A stretch of DNA of 20,070 nt from an uncultured bacterium (GCA_964534375.1 CAZHPN010000113.1:1-20070); one strand, 5' to 3'; counted from the first letter of the stretch, positions 1-8,978 are shown. Translations and numbers: made by a program. Notes: generated by a model from the letters alone, not told the origin.

Positions 1-744
1 GCGGACAAGGAATTCCCTGTCATCCTGCACGGCGACGGCGCCAGGTGGATGGCCATGGCCGCCCCGGCCGGCACGGGGCCCTACGAATTGTACGCGGTGT
101 GGGGCTCGTCGGCGACGGACGTGTTCGCCGTCGGCTGGAGCACGGCCGGCTCGCAACTGAGCCGCATCCTGCACTACGACGGCTCGGCCTGGTCGTCGAT
201 GACGTTTCCCGGCTCCGGCTCGATCGACAACCTGACCGGCGTCTGGGGCACGTCGCCGTCCAACGTGTTCGCGGTCGGCTGGCGGGAAGACAACGGCGCC
301 GCGCCGGTCGCCTTGCATTACGATGGCGCGGCGTGGAAGGCGATGAACATGCCCGTGGGCCGCTACGGGCTCAGCGCCATCGGAGGCGTATCCGAGTCGG
401 ATGTGTTCGCCGTCGGCGGCAATGACGTCGGCGAGGATCTCGGCTACATCCTGCAATTCAACGGCGGGTCGTGGTCGTCGTTCGCCGCGCTGTACGGCAG
501 CAACTGGATCGAAAGCGTTTGGGGGCGATCGGCGTCCGACGTGTTCTTCGTCGGCGCAGGCCCGCAAAGCGGCTTCCCGTCCGGCGCGGCCGGCAGCCTC
601 ATTCTCCACTACAACGGCCGTGAGACGCAGCCGATGGTGACCGGCGCCACGGCCGGCCTGACCGGCATCTGGGGCGGCCCGACCACCGACATCTTCGTCG
701 TCGGCCAGCACGGCGCGATCCTGCACCGCGCCGGCAGGTCGTGA
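1..744 (+). CDS. Beta-propeller repeat protein (WGSS-x2-DVFAVG / ILHYDG repeats), 5'-truncated by window edge
   Basis: Frame 1 is open from base 1 (ADKEFPVILHGDGARW...). Five ~45-aa repeats are visible (VWGSSATDVFAVG, VWGTSPSNVFAVG, IGGVSESDVFAVG, VWGRSASDVFFVG, IWGGPTTDIFVVG), each followed by a (I/A)L(H/Q)(Y/F)(D/N)G-like block. Stop TGA at 742-744. Confidence 0.85.
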   Translation, partial: ADKEFPVILHGDGARWMAMAAPAGTGPYELYAVWGSSATDVFAVGWSTAGSQLSRILHYDGSAWSSMTFPGSGSIDNLTGVWGTSPSNVFAVGWREDNGAAPVALHYDGAAWKAMNMPVGRYGLSAIGGVSESDVFAVGGNDVGEDLGYILQFNGGSWSSFAALYGSNWIESVWGRSASDVFFVGAGPQSGFPSGAAGSLILHYNGRETQPMVTGATAGLTGIWGGPTTDIFVVGQHGAILHRAGRS

Positions 745-872
745 GGAGGAAGAACGGGGGAGATTCCCCAATCGTCGCCCGATTCGATTTTCCGCTTAGC
801 CGGCCGTCGCGTCGCCCTGGCGCGCGGGCCGGTTCCGCAACATAATCGGCCGCGGACAACGAGGAGCGAGGC

Positions 873-2243
873 ATGAACGCGAGGCGACCGCGGCGGGGCC
901 GGTTACTGATCGCGATGTTGGCGGCGCTGGTCGCCGGCTGTGCGACGGCGTATGCCCCGGCGCCGCTGGCGCCGTGGGAACCGGCGCGCGAATTGGGCGT
1001 GCTCGCGGCGGACGACGAACTGCGCGTCGGCGCCGGGCGGGCGGACATCTCGCCGGACCACGCCGTGCCGCTGGCGGGCTACGGCGCCTTCCTGGGCGCG
1101 CCCGAGCACATCCGCTGGTCGCGCGGCGTACACGATCCGCTTTACGCCGATGCCCTGTACTTCGAAAAAGGCGCCGATCGCCTGCTGCTGGTCACCTTCG
1201 ACCTGGTCGGAGTGACCGCGGCGGACCTCGACCCGCTCCGCGACGACCTCGCGCGCGAGACGCTGGTCGACCGCGACCGCATCATCGTCTCGTCGAGCCA
1301 CACGCATCACGCGCCCGATACGCTGGGCCTGTGGGGCACGGGGTTTCCGCCGCGTTCCGGCCGCGACGAAAGATATATGACATTCATGAAACGGCAGGCG
1401 GTGCTCGCCGCGAAAACGGCGGTTGCGAACCGGCGGCCGGCGGAGTTGCTGGTCGCGGTCGGCGCCGACGCCGAGCTGCACATGAACATCCACGACGTGC
1501 ACGATCCGCAGGCGACGCTCGATGACGCGCTGACGGTGCTCATCGCCAAAGACCGCCGGGGCGGGACGATCGCCACGCTGACGAACTGGTCGTGCCACGC
1601 GACGTGCGAGAGCATGCCGAACCGGCTCGTATCCGCCGATTGGGTCGGCTATTTCCGCCGGGGCATGGCGGCCCGCTCGCCGGGGCAGCACATTTACGTC
1701 AACGGGGCGATCGGCGCGTCGGTGCAGCCGAACGACCATTACCGCGACGCGCACATCCGTCCGGGCGAGGACCAGAATTTCCGCTGGGCGAAGCTCCTGG
1801 GAGAATCGCTGGCCGAGAAAACGGCGGCGCTGATGGCGACGGCGCGGCCCGTGCCGTTCGACCGCATCGAGGTGCGGCGCACGATGGTTCCGACGCATTT
1901 CGAGAACACGCTCTACGATCTCGCCAAGAAGATGGGCATTCTGAGCATGCGGATGCCGAAAATGGGCGAGGTCTATCGAATCGAAGCGACCGCCGTGAAA
2001 ATGGGTCCGGTGCGCTTCGGGACTTTCCCCGGCGAGTTGATCCCGAACCTGGGCCTGGACATCCGGCGGAGCGTGGGCGGCGAGGCGCAGGTGCTGGTCG
2101 GGCTGTCGCAGGATTACCTGGGCTACATTCTCGACGAACAGCGCTACCGCGATCCGCGGTACGGCTACGAGAAAATGCTGTGCGTCGGACCGGACCTGGG
2201 CGTCAACCTGGTGCGGGCGTACGCCGCGCTCGGGTTTGAATAA
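873..2243 (+). CDS. Neutral/alkaline ceramidase-family (Zn-dependent amidohydrolase-like) lipoprotein
   Basis: RBS GAGGAG/GAGG upstream, signal peptide with lipobox LVAG-C. Family-like motifs: GRADISP..PLAGYG, GVHDPLYADAL, SHTHHAPD, NWSCHAT, SADWVG, FPGE, GLSQDYLGYI, YE. Substrate is not established. Confidence 0.8.
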   Translation: MNARRPRRGRLLIAMLAALVAGCATAYAPAPLAPWEPARELGVLAADDELRVGAGRADISPDHAVPLAGYGAFLGAPEHIRWSRGVHDPLYADALYFEKGADRLLLVTFDLVGVTAADLDPLRDDLARETLVDRDRIIVSSSHTHHAPDTLGLWGTGFPPRSGRDERYMTFMKRQAVLAAKTAVANRRPAELLVAVGADAELHMNIHDVHDPQATLDDALTVLIAKDRRGGTIATLTNWSCHATCESMPNRLVSADWVGYFRRGMAARSPGQHIYVNGAIGASVQPNDHYRDAHIRPGEDQNFRWAKLLGESLAEKTAALMATARPVPFDRIEVRRTMVPTHFENTLYDLAKKMGILSMRMPKMGEVYRIEATAVKMGPVRFGTFPGELIPNLGLDIRRSVGGEAQVLVGLSQDYLGYILDEQRYRDPRYGYEKMLCVGPDLGVNLVRAYAALGFE

Positions 2244-2258
2244 CGGTTCATTTTTCGC

Positions 2259-2287
2259 TTGTCAGTCCGGCGGCTTTCCACTAAGGT
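2259..2287 (+). promoter_or_regulatory. Putative sigma70 promoter for the 2321 gene
   Basis: TTGTCA (2259-2264) - 17 bp - TAAGGT (2282-2287), then GAGGAG RBS and ATG 2321. Confidence 0.5.
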
Positions 2288-2320
2288 TGGTGGGCCGTAA
2301 CTCTCGGCGAGGAGCCCAGC

Positions 2321-4084
2321 ATGACATCAGCGCGGAAGCGGTTGAGCTTGCCCCTTTGCATCTTGCTGTCGGTCGTCATTTTGTCGAGCGCGGCCTGCGT
2401 GAAAATGGCGATTACGCCGGCGCCGCGGTACCCGACGCGGCACAACGACTACACGCCGACCACGCAAAATGTGCCGCCGCCGCCGTGGACCGATCCGCAG
2501 GATTATCCGTACGTCGCGATCACTACGCCGGCCAACGGCTCCTTTATCCAAAGCGGCACGGTGGCGGTGGCCGGCACGTACGCCGGACCGGCGGCGACGC
2601 TGACGGTCAACGGCCAGCCGGTGACGCTGGCGGGCGGCGCGTTCAGCGGCGAGATTGAGGTTGCGGCCACCGACGTGGTCGTGCCGATCCTCGTGACCGC
2701 GACGACGACCGCCGCGAGCTACGTTTCTTCCGATCTGTCGACGGTGTTCGTCGGCGCCGCGCAAAAGCCGGCGGGCACGACCGCCGACGCCATCGCGCTC
2801 GACCTCGAAAACAGCGGGATGGCGGCAATCGGCGGCGCGCTGGCCCGGCTGCTCAACGACATCGACATCACCAGTCCGTTGCAGGCGCGGGTCGACCGCG
2901 ACAAGGCCGGGTTGATCGACATCACCAAGGCGCAGGTGCTGGGCGCGGCGGTGGTGCTGAATTCGTCGACGGCGGGCCTGAACATCGGCTTGTCCGTGCA
3001 AACGATCGACCTGCAGGCGACGGTGCTCGGCCTGCCGATCAGCATCCTGATCGACGACGTCGCGGCCGACCTCGTCGTGACGCTGGCCTTCGACGCCAAT
3101 CACAAGGCGACGGTCACGGTCGTCAGTTCGTCGGTGCGCATCGGTTCGCTGAATCTGAGCAACGGCGTGCTCGACGCGCTCGTTAGCTACCTGGTCGGCC
3201 AGGCGCTCGACCTGCTGGTCAACGCGCTGGTGCCGGGGCTGGTGGAAAACCTGTTCAACACGATGAACCTGACGATCACGGCCACGGGCTTCACCTACCA
3301 ATTCCTGCCGTCGCTCGCTGTCGCGGCGGACCGCAATTTCACCTTCGGCCTCGACGGCGCGCTGACGGTGACCGACGCCACGAAATGGAACCCCCAATTC
3401 CAGCCGGCCGGCTATCTCGCGACGCCCGCGAGCACGCCGGTCTTCCCCGCGACCACGCCGCTGACCGACAAAGCCTATGGCCTCGGGATCGGCGCCGCCA
3501 ACAACGCGCTCAATCAGTTGCTCTACGGCGTCGCGGCCACGAACACGCTGAGCTTCACGGTGACCGACTCGATTCTAAACGCGGCCTTGCTGTCGGTGCT
3601 CTTCTTCTCGTTCGATTCGATCGACCCCAGCACGCCCCTGATCCTGAACCTCGCGCCGTCCGCGGCCCCGCTGGCCTACGCCGACGCCAAGACCGGCATC
3701 ACGAACCTGCGCTTGCCGGCGTATACCGGGCAGATTCTGGTCGACCGCGGCGCGGCCGGCAACTGGGAAGCGCTGACGTTCGCCGTCGACTTGACCGCGC
3801 CGCTGACGGTGAAGGTCAACGCCGACAATTCGTTTTCGCTGCTGCTCGGCGAACTGGACATCAATCTCCAGGTCGTGCACAACGCGATCGGCCAGAAAAA
3901 CGTGCCGAACATGGAACGCTTGTTCGGCGAGATCTTCCAATCGATCCTGCCGCAACTGCTCGCGGGCCTGACCAACACGAAAATTACGTTGCCGTTGCTC
4001 GCGGGCCTGCAGATTTCGCTTGCCGACATCGCGGCCTTCGGCGCGGGCGACGACTACCTGGGGATTTTCGTCGGCCTGAATTGA
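2321..4084 (+). CDS. Lipoprotein with N-terminal Ig-like domain and probable BPI/LBP/CETP-like (TULIP) lipid-binding region
   Basis: RBS GAGGAG and lipobox SSAA-C. VAITTPANGS..VAVAGT..LTVNGQPV..GAFS is an Ig-like signature. The hydrophobic beta-rich body with AIALDLENSGMAAIG and LGIGAANNALNQLLYGVAATNTLSFTV resembles the two BPI-fold helix/strand motifs. The ORF is solid and the fold call is inference. Confidence 0.6.
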   Translation: MTSARKRLSLPLCILLSVVILSSAACVKMAITPAPRYPTRHNDYTPTTQNVPPPPWTDPQDYPYVAITTPANGSFIQSGTVAVAGTYAGPAATLTVNGQPVTLAGGAFSGEIEVAATDVVVPILVTATTTAASYVSSDLSTVFVGAAQKPAGTTADAIALDLENSGMAAIGGALARLLNDIDITSPLQARVDRDKAGLIDITKAQVLGAAVVLNSSTAGLNIGLSVQTIDLQATVLGLPISILIDDVAADLVVTLAFDANHKATVTVVSSSVRIGSLNLSNGVLDALVSYLVGQALDLLVNALVPGLVENLFNTMNLTITATGFTYQFLPSLAVAADRNFTFGLDGALTVTDATKWNPQFQPAGYLATPASTPVFPATTPLTDKAYGLGIGAANNALNQLLYGVAATNTLSFTVTDSILNAALLSVLFFSFDSIDPSTPLILNLAPSAAPLAYADAKTGITNLRLPAYTGQILVDRGAAGNWEALTFAVDLTAPLTVKVNADNSFSLLLGELDINLQVVHNAIGQKNVPNMERLFGEIFQSILPQLLAGLTNTKITLPLLAGLQISLADIAAFGAGDDYLGIFVGLN

Positions 4085-4147
4085 CGGGAAATGTTCAACC
4101 TTCCGCATGCGGCAATTTGGTTGCGGCGCAGGCCCCGGAGCCGCGTC

Positions 4148-4176
4148 TTGACACGGCGGGGCGGCGGGCGTGAAAT
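4148..4176 (+). promoter_or_regulatory. sigma70 promoter, copy 1
   Basis: TTGACA (4148-4153) - 17 bp - TGAAAT (4171-4176). Conserved in the duplicate at 4975-5003. Confidence 0.7.
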
Positions 4177-4255
4177 GGTTTCGCAACGGTCTTTCCGATC
4201 GCGCGGGAAGCAGACGTACGCCACCGCAAATCAAATGGACGCGCAGGAGGCAATC

Positions 4256-4891
4256 GTGAACCGGATTCTGGGTCTGGCTTTGTTCGCAGTTCTGGCGTTG
4301 GCGGTCGCAGCCCTGGCGATCGGCTGCGAAAGCGGCAAGGGAAGCGCCAGCGCCGACAATTCGTACGCTGACGACGATTCCTCGCCAGTCGATGACGACT
4401 CTGCGTCCGACGACGACGCTTCGCCCACCGGCCAATGCGTCCAAATCGCGCAAGACGTGGTCCAAACCTGCCAGATCACCCTCAAGGACATTCAGGGCGA
4501 CCAGGTCGGTCAGGCGGGCATGGCGGATTGGTGCACGCTCTCCGAGGAGTTCTTCCGGGACGCCAAGGCCTCGCCGTTCTGGTCCTGTATGGACAACTGC
4601 GCGGTCGCGCAATCTTGCGACCAGACTTGCTTTAGCGGCTGCTTGACGCCGCCGGACCCCAGCGGAACCGGCTGCGGTCACACGGTTTATCAGATCTACT
4701 CGTGCGGCGTCGTGTTCGTGTACAACAATACGAACTACTGGGTGCCGGAAATGGACGAGATCGCCGTTTGTTCAACCGACACCTCGACCAACTGGTTGTG
4801 CTATGCGACCTGTGCGACGAACAACCCGTGCTCCAACCCGCCGACGCCGGCGCAAGCGCAGGCGCTCATCAACTGCATGAACGCCTGCTGA
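4256..4891 (+). CDS. Cys-rich lipoprotein, 211 aa: lipobox, poly-Asp linker, one 16-Cys domain
   Basis: AGGAGG at 4245-4250 precedes GTG 4256, equivalent to ATG 5083 in the paralog. Lipobox LAIG-C, linker DDDSSPVDDDSASDDDASPT, then a ~150-aa domain with 16 Cys ending CMNAC*. Confidence 0.85.
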   Translation: MNRILGLALFAVLALAVAALAIGCESGKGSASADNSYADDDSSPVDDDSASDDDASPTGQCVQIAQDVVQTCQITLKDIQGDQVGQAGMADWCTLSEEFFRDAKASPFWSCMDNCAVAQSCDQTCFSGCLTPPDPSGTGCGHTVYQIYSCGVVFVYNNTNYWVPEMDEIAVCSTDTSTNWLCYATCATNNPCSNPPTPAQAQALINCMNAC

Positions 4892-4974
4892 TTCGCGAAG
4901 CATACCGGAGGACATAAGCGGCCCGAGCGCGCTTTGCGCGCCCGCGGCGGCGGCGGAGGCCGCGGGGCCGCATC

Positions 4975-5003
4975 TTGACACGGCTCGGCGGCGGGCGTGA
5001 AAT
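4975..5003 (+). promoter_or_regulatory. sigma70 promoter, copy 2
   Basis: TTGACA (4975-4980) - 17 bp - TGAAAT (4998-5003). Confidence 0.7.
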
Positions 5004-5082
5004 GATTTCGCAACCGTCTTTCCGATCGCGCGGAAAGCAGACGTACGCAAAATAAGATCAATTGGACGCGCAGGAGGCAATC

Positions 5083-6633
5083 ATGAACCGGATTTTGGGT
5101 CTCGCTTTGTTCGCGTTTCTGGCGTTGGCGGTCGCGGCCCTGACGGTGGGCTGCGACGGCGGCAAGGGAACCACTATTGTCGACAATTATTACCCTGACG
5201 ACGACTTCTCGCCGGATGATGACGACTCTTGGTCCGACGACGACTCTTCGCCCGACGACGACGTCTCGCCGGACGACGACGCGTCGCCGACGGCCCCCCC
5301 GACCTGCCAGAGCGTTTATGACGAGTTCTACCTGGCGTGCGGCTTCGCCTTCCACGATCCGAGCGGCAATGCGATTCCGGAGTCCGTGATCGTCGCGGCG
5401 TGCGCGGCGAACTTCGACGGCGCCGGTCTGACGGGCCGGGTCGCGCAGTGCATCATCGATCATGCCGGCGATTGCGCGGCGATCTCCGCCTGCGTGCACG
5501 GTCAGGCCGACGACGATGACGACACGGCGCCCGCCGCCGAGTGCGCGCAAATCGCGCAAGACGTGGCCGGAACCTGCCAGGTCACGTTGAAAGACGATCA
5601 GGGCAATAGCGTCGATCAGGCGGGCATGGTCGATTGGTGCACGCTGTCGGACGAATTGTTCCCGTCGGCCAAGGCGTCGCCGTTCTGGTTGTGCATGGAC
5701 AACTGCGCGGTGGCGCAATTTTGCGATCAGGCTTGCTTCAACGGCTGCATTTCGCCGTCCGACCCGGGCGGGACCGGCTGCGCTCACACAGTGTACGAGA
5801 TTTATTCGTGCGGCGTCCTGTTCGTCTTCGCCAACACGAACTATTACGTGCCGGAAATGGACGAAATGGCGTCTTGCCCCAGCGATACCACGAACGATTG
5901 GGCTTGCTTCGCGATCTGCGCGGCCGACAACCCGTGCTCCAGCCCGCCGACGGAAGCGCAATCGGATGCGATCATCAACTGCCTCAACAGCTGTTACGGG
6001 CCGGACGACGACGACGACACGGGGCCGTACGACGATGACAACGACACACGGCCCTACGACGACGACAGTTGGCCGGACGATGACGACGACACGTGGCCGG
6101 ACGACGACGACGATACGTGGCCGGATGACGACGACGACACGGCGCCGATCGACGACGACGCCTCGCCCACGAGCCAATGCGTGCAAATCGCGCAAGACGT
6201 GGTCGGGACCTGCCAGATCACCCTCGAAGACATTAAGGGCAACCCGGTCGGTCAGGCGGGCATGGCGGATTGGTGCACGCTTTCCGAGGAGCTGTTCCCG
6301 GACGCCACGGCGTCGCCGTTCTGGGCGTGCATGGACAACTGCGCGGTCGCGCAATTCTGTTCGCAGACTTGCTTCGACGGCTGTATTTCGCCGTCCGACC
6401 CGGGCGGAACCGGTTGCGGCCACACGGTTTACGAGATCTATTCGTGTGACATCGTGTTCGAGATCAACAATACGAACTACTGGGCGCCCGAAATGGACGA
6501 GATCGCCGTTTGTCCGACCGACACCACGACCAATTGGTCGTGCTACGCGACTTGTGCGACGAACAACCCGTGCTCCAGTCCGCCGACGTCGGCGCAGGAG
6601 CTGGCGCTCATCAACTGCATGGACGCCTGTTGA
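5083..6633 (+). CDS. Cys-rich lipoprotein, 516 aa: lipobox, poly-Asp linkers, one 6-Cys module and two 16-Cys domains
   Basis: AGGAGG at 5072-5077 and lipobox LTVG-C. Signal peptide is near-identical to the 4256 gene. Domains at ~5541-5997 and ~6175-6630 are clearly paralogous to 4433-4888. Confidence 0.88.
   Translation: MNRILGLALFAFLALAVAALTVGCDGGKGTTIVDNYYPDDDFSPDDDDSWSDDDSSPDDDVSPDDDASPTAPPTCQSVYDEFYLACGFAFHDPSGNAIPESVIVAACAANFDGAGLTGRVAQCIIDHAGDCAAISACVHGQADDDDDTAPAAECAQIAQDVAGTCQVTLKDDQGNSVDQAGMVDWCTLSDELFPSAKASPFWLCMDNCAVAQFCDQACFNGCISPSDPGGTGCAHTVYEIYSCGVLFVFANTNYYVPEMDEMASCPSDTTNDWACFAICAADNPCSSPPTEAQSDAIINCLNSCYGPDDDDDTGPYDDDNDTRPYDDDSWPDDDDDTWPDDDDDTWPDDDDDTAPIDDDASPTSQCVQIAQDVVGTCQITLEDIKGNPVGQAGMADWCTLSEELFPDATASPFWACMDNCAVAQFCSQTCFDGCISPSDPGGTGCGHTVYEIYSCDIVFEINNTNYWAPEMDEIAVCPTDTTTNWSCYATCATNNPCSSPPTSAQELALINCMDAC
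5998..6171 (+). repeat. Intragenic ~24-nt tandem repeat encoding (G/R/W)P(Y/D)DDDDT
   Basis: GPDDDDDT GPYDDDNDT RPYDDDS WPDDDDDT WPDDDDDT WPDDDDDT APIDDDASPT. Confidence 0.9.
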
Positions 6634-6698
6634 TTCGCGAAGGAAGCGGCAGAGCAAAGGCCGATCGATCGCGTTGCGCCGCGCCGATCGGCGCGGGC

Positions 6699-6726
6699 GT
6701 AGGGGCGGTTCGCGAACCGCCCCTGC
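6699..6726. repeat. GTAG-type REP-like palindrome
   Basis: GTAGGGGCGGTTCGCGAACCGCCCCTGC: GTAG tetranucleotide plus a near-perfect palindrome in a convergent intergenic region. Confidence 0.7.
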
Positions 6727-6742
6727 ACGGCCGGAACTGCCG

Positions 6743-6836
6743 ATCCGTGCAATCTCTGCTCATTCTGCGGTGAAAAAAACAAAAACATCGTTGAATCCTG
6801 CCGACCTCTGCGACCTCTGCGTCCTCGGCGGCTTAA
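6743..6836 (+). repeat. Two short arrays of degenerate 9-nt repeats (CCTCTGCGN type)
   Basis: atccgtgca-atctctgct-cattctgcggtgaa (6743-6774) and cctctgcga-cctctgcgt-cctcggcggcttaa (6805-6836). Confidence 0.55.
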
Positions 6837-6883
6837 GTGCGCCCATTTGATTGCGGCCGATGGCCGCGCTGAGAAACCCTCGA

Positions 6884-6925
6884 GAACGGAAGGGGCGAAG
6901 ACCGTTGTCTCCGCCCCTTTCGTTC
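6884..6925. terminator. Long hairpin, probable (bidirectional) terminator between convergent genes
   Basis: GAACGGAAGGGGCGAAGAC-cgtt-GTCTCCGCCCCTTTCGTTC. Confidence 0.7.
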
Positions 6926-6995
6926 CAGTTGCCGACCGGACTTATTTGCTTCGTTGCTCCCCTAGGCCGACACGACGGCCAGATCCCGGTTGCCG

Positions 6996-7913
<918 letters not shown>

Positions 7914-7954
7914 TGTACGCGACCTCCTCCTTTGCTGCCCTCGCCCTTGTTTAT

Positions 7955-7970
7955 TGCGAATTGGGCGCCA
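7955..7970 (-). promoter_or_regulatory. Putative sigma54 (-24/-12) promoter of the pilin-like gene
   Basis: Minus strand TGGCGCCCAATTCGCA = GG-N10-GC, ~40 nt upstream of the ATG. IHF-like TTTCAACATGTTA at 8001-8013 (1 mismatch to WATCAA-N4-TTR). Confidence 0.6.
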
Positions 7971-8476
7971 ACACGGCCGCGCAAGCCACATTTCGTATTA
8001 TTTCAACATGTTAGCTGAGTTATTGCCCCGCAATTCGGGCGCTTTCTTTTGCCGTGCAGCGTTACGTTACGTAAAGCCGTCGTTCGTAAGTTCTCGCCGC
8101 GCCGACTGCGTCGGCGCCCGATCGCGCACGCGATTGTGCCTTTATCTTTGGCGGCGAGCCGTGGCCCGTTATTACCGCGACGTTCCCTGCCGGCTCGGTC
8201 GGACCGGATGCTCAATGCGCCGGCGATCGGCAGTTCACAAGGAGTGGCCACGGAGGAAAAAATCGATAAGTCGAGTAGACGTGCTGCCCGTCGGCAGAAT
8301 TTTTCATTACGTCTCAACTATTGAAATATTAATTCAATATCCTGCTTATGCTAGAGATTGCGGACACTTAGACGGTACACAATGGGCGCTCGCTGAGCTT
8401 TAGAAATCGAGAAAGTCTAATATTATCGGCTCGTTGCCCATATGTCTACAGTTTCGTGGTTTTCGTTCTTATCTGC

Positions 8477-8527
8477 TTGACATGGAAAATGTTCTACTAT
8501 AATGGATGACGTGGAAAAGTTTCCACT
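8477..8527 (+). promoter_or_regulatory. sigma70-like promoter overlapped by two operator-like pseudo-palindromes
   Basis: TTGACA (8477-8482) - 15 bp - TATAAT (8498-8503). CATGGAAAATGTTCTACT (8481-8498) and CGTGGAAAAGTTTCCACT (8510-8527). Confidence 0.55.
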
Positions 8528-8540
8528 GGTTGGGCACGAC

Positions 8541-8978
8541 ATGAGAAACGACATCGTCGTCAAGTTTCTCAACGGCGCTACGATGCGGGGGTTCACGCTC
8601 GGAATCCGCAACACCGAAATCTTGTCGTTGACGACAATGTCCGGCGAGACAAAAGAAGTGCGCATTAGTGACCTCAAGGGCGTCTTTGTAGCCAAAAAAT
8701 CGGCCGACCCGAACCGCGCGGTGGCCGCCTCGGCGCGCGTCGGCCACAAGTTGCATGTCGAGTTCTTCGATGAAGAGGCCGTGGTCGGCGTGTCGTTCGA
8801 CTACAATCGAGCCAAGGACTGGTTTTTCTTGTTTCCGCTGGGTCTGGCGTCGAAATACGAATGCGTCCTCGTTAACAAACGGGCGACGGCGAAGGTGATG
8901 TGCCTCGGGACGAATTATCACGCGGCGCAAACGGCGGCGGCCGTCCACAAAGGATTGCGGCCGACAGCGCGTCGCTGA
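8541..8978 (+). CDS. Small cytoplasmic beta-rich protein, DUF6982-like
   Basis: Two-fold internal pattern IVVKFLNGATMRG...DLKGVF / LHVEFFDEEAVVG..Y...WFFLFP recalls DUF6982. Start set at ATG 8541 because ATG 8502 overlaps the TATAAT box. Confidence 0.6.
   Translation: MRNDIVVKFLNGATMRGFTLGIRNTEILSLTTMSGETKEVRISDLKGVFVAKKSADPNRAVAASARVGHKLHVEFFDEEAVVGVSFDYNRAKDWFFLFPLGLASKYECVLVNKRATAKVMCLGTNYHAAQTAAAVHKGLRPTARR

Noticed and set aside
757..769. GGGGA-gat-TCCCC hairpin after the first gene as a terminator
   Set aside because: Only a 5-bp stem with no U tract, too weak to call.
4091..4255. ORF-track N-terminal extensions (starts 4091, 5062, 7991, 9075, 10635, 12948, 13088, 16801, 18512)
   Set aside because: They run through promoters or neighbouring genes. 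RBS, signal-peptide position and paralog comparison support the shorter starts given.
5998..6171. CRISPR-like appearance of periodic repeats here, at 15291-15408 and at 19670-19816
   Set aside because: Units are directly tandem with no unique spacers, two of the three are in-frame coding repeats, and no cas genes are present.
4433..6630. Multiheme cytochrome c interpretation of the Cys-rich proteins
   Set aside because: No CxxCH motifs. Spacing is CxxxC and the His occurs as GC(G/A)H without a preceding Cxx.
6699..6726. Direct link between the GTAG REP and the RAYT remnant at 16963-17322
   Set aside because: The remnant's ends share no clear sequence with the GTAG palindrome, so they probably belong to different RAYT/REP classes.
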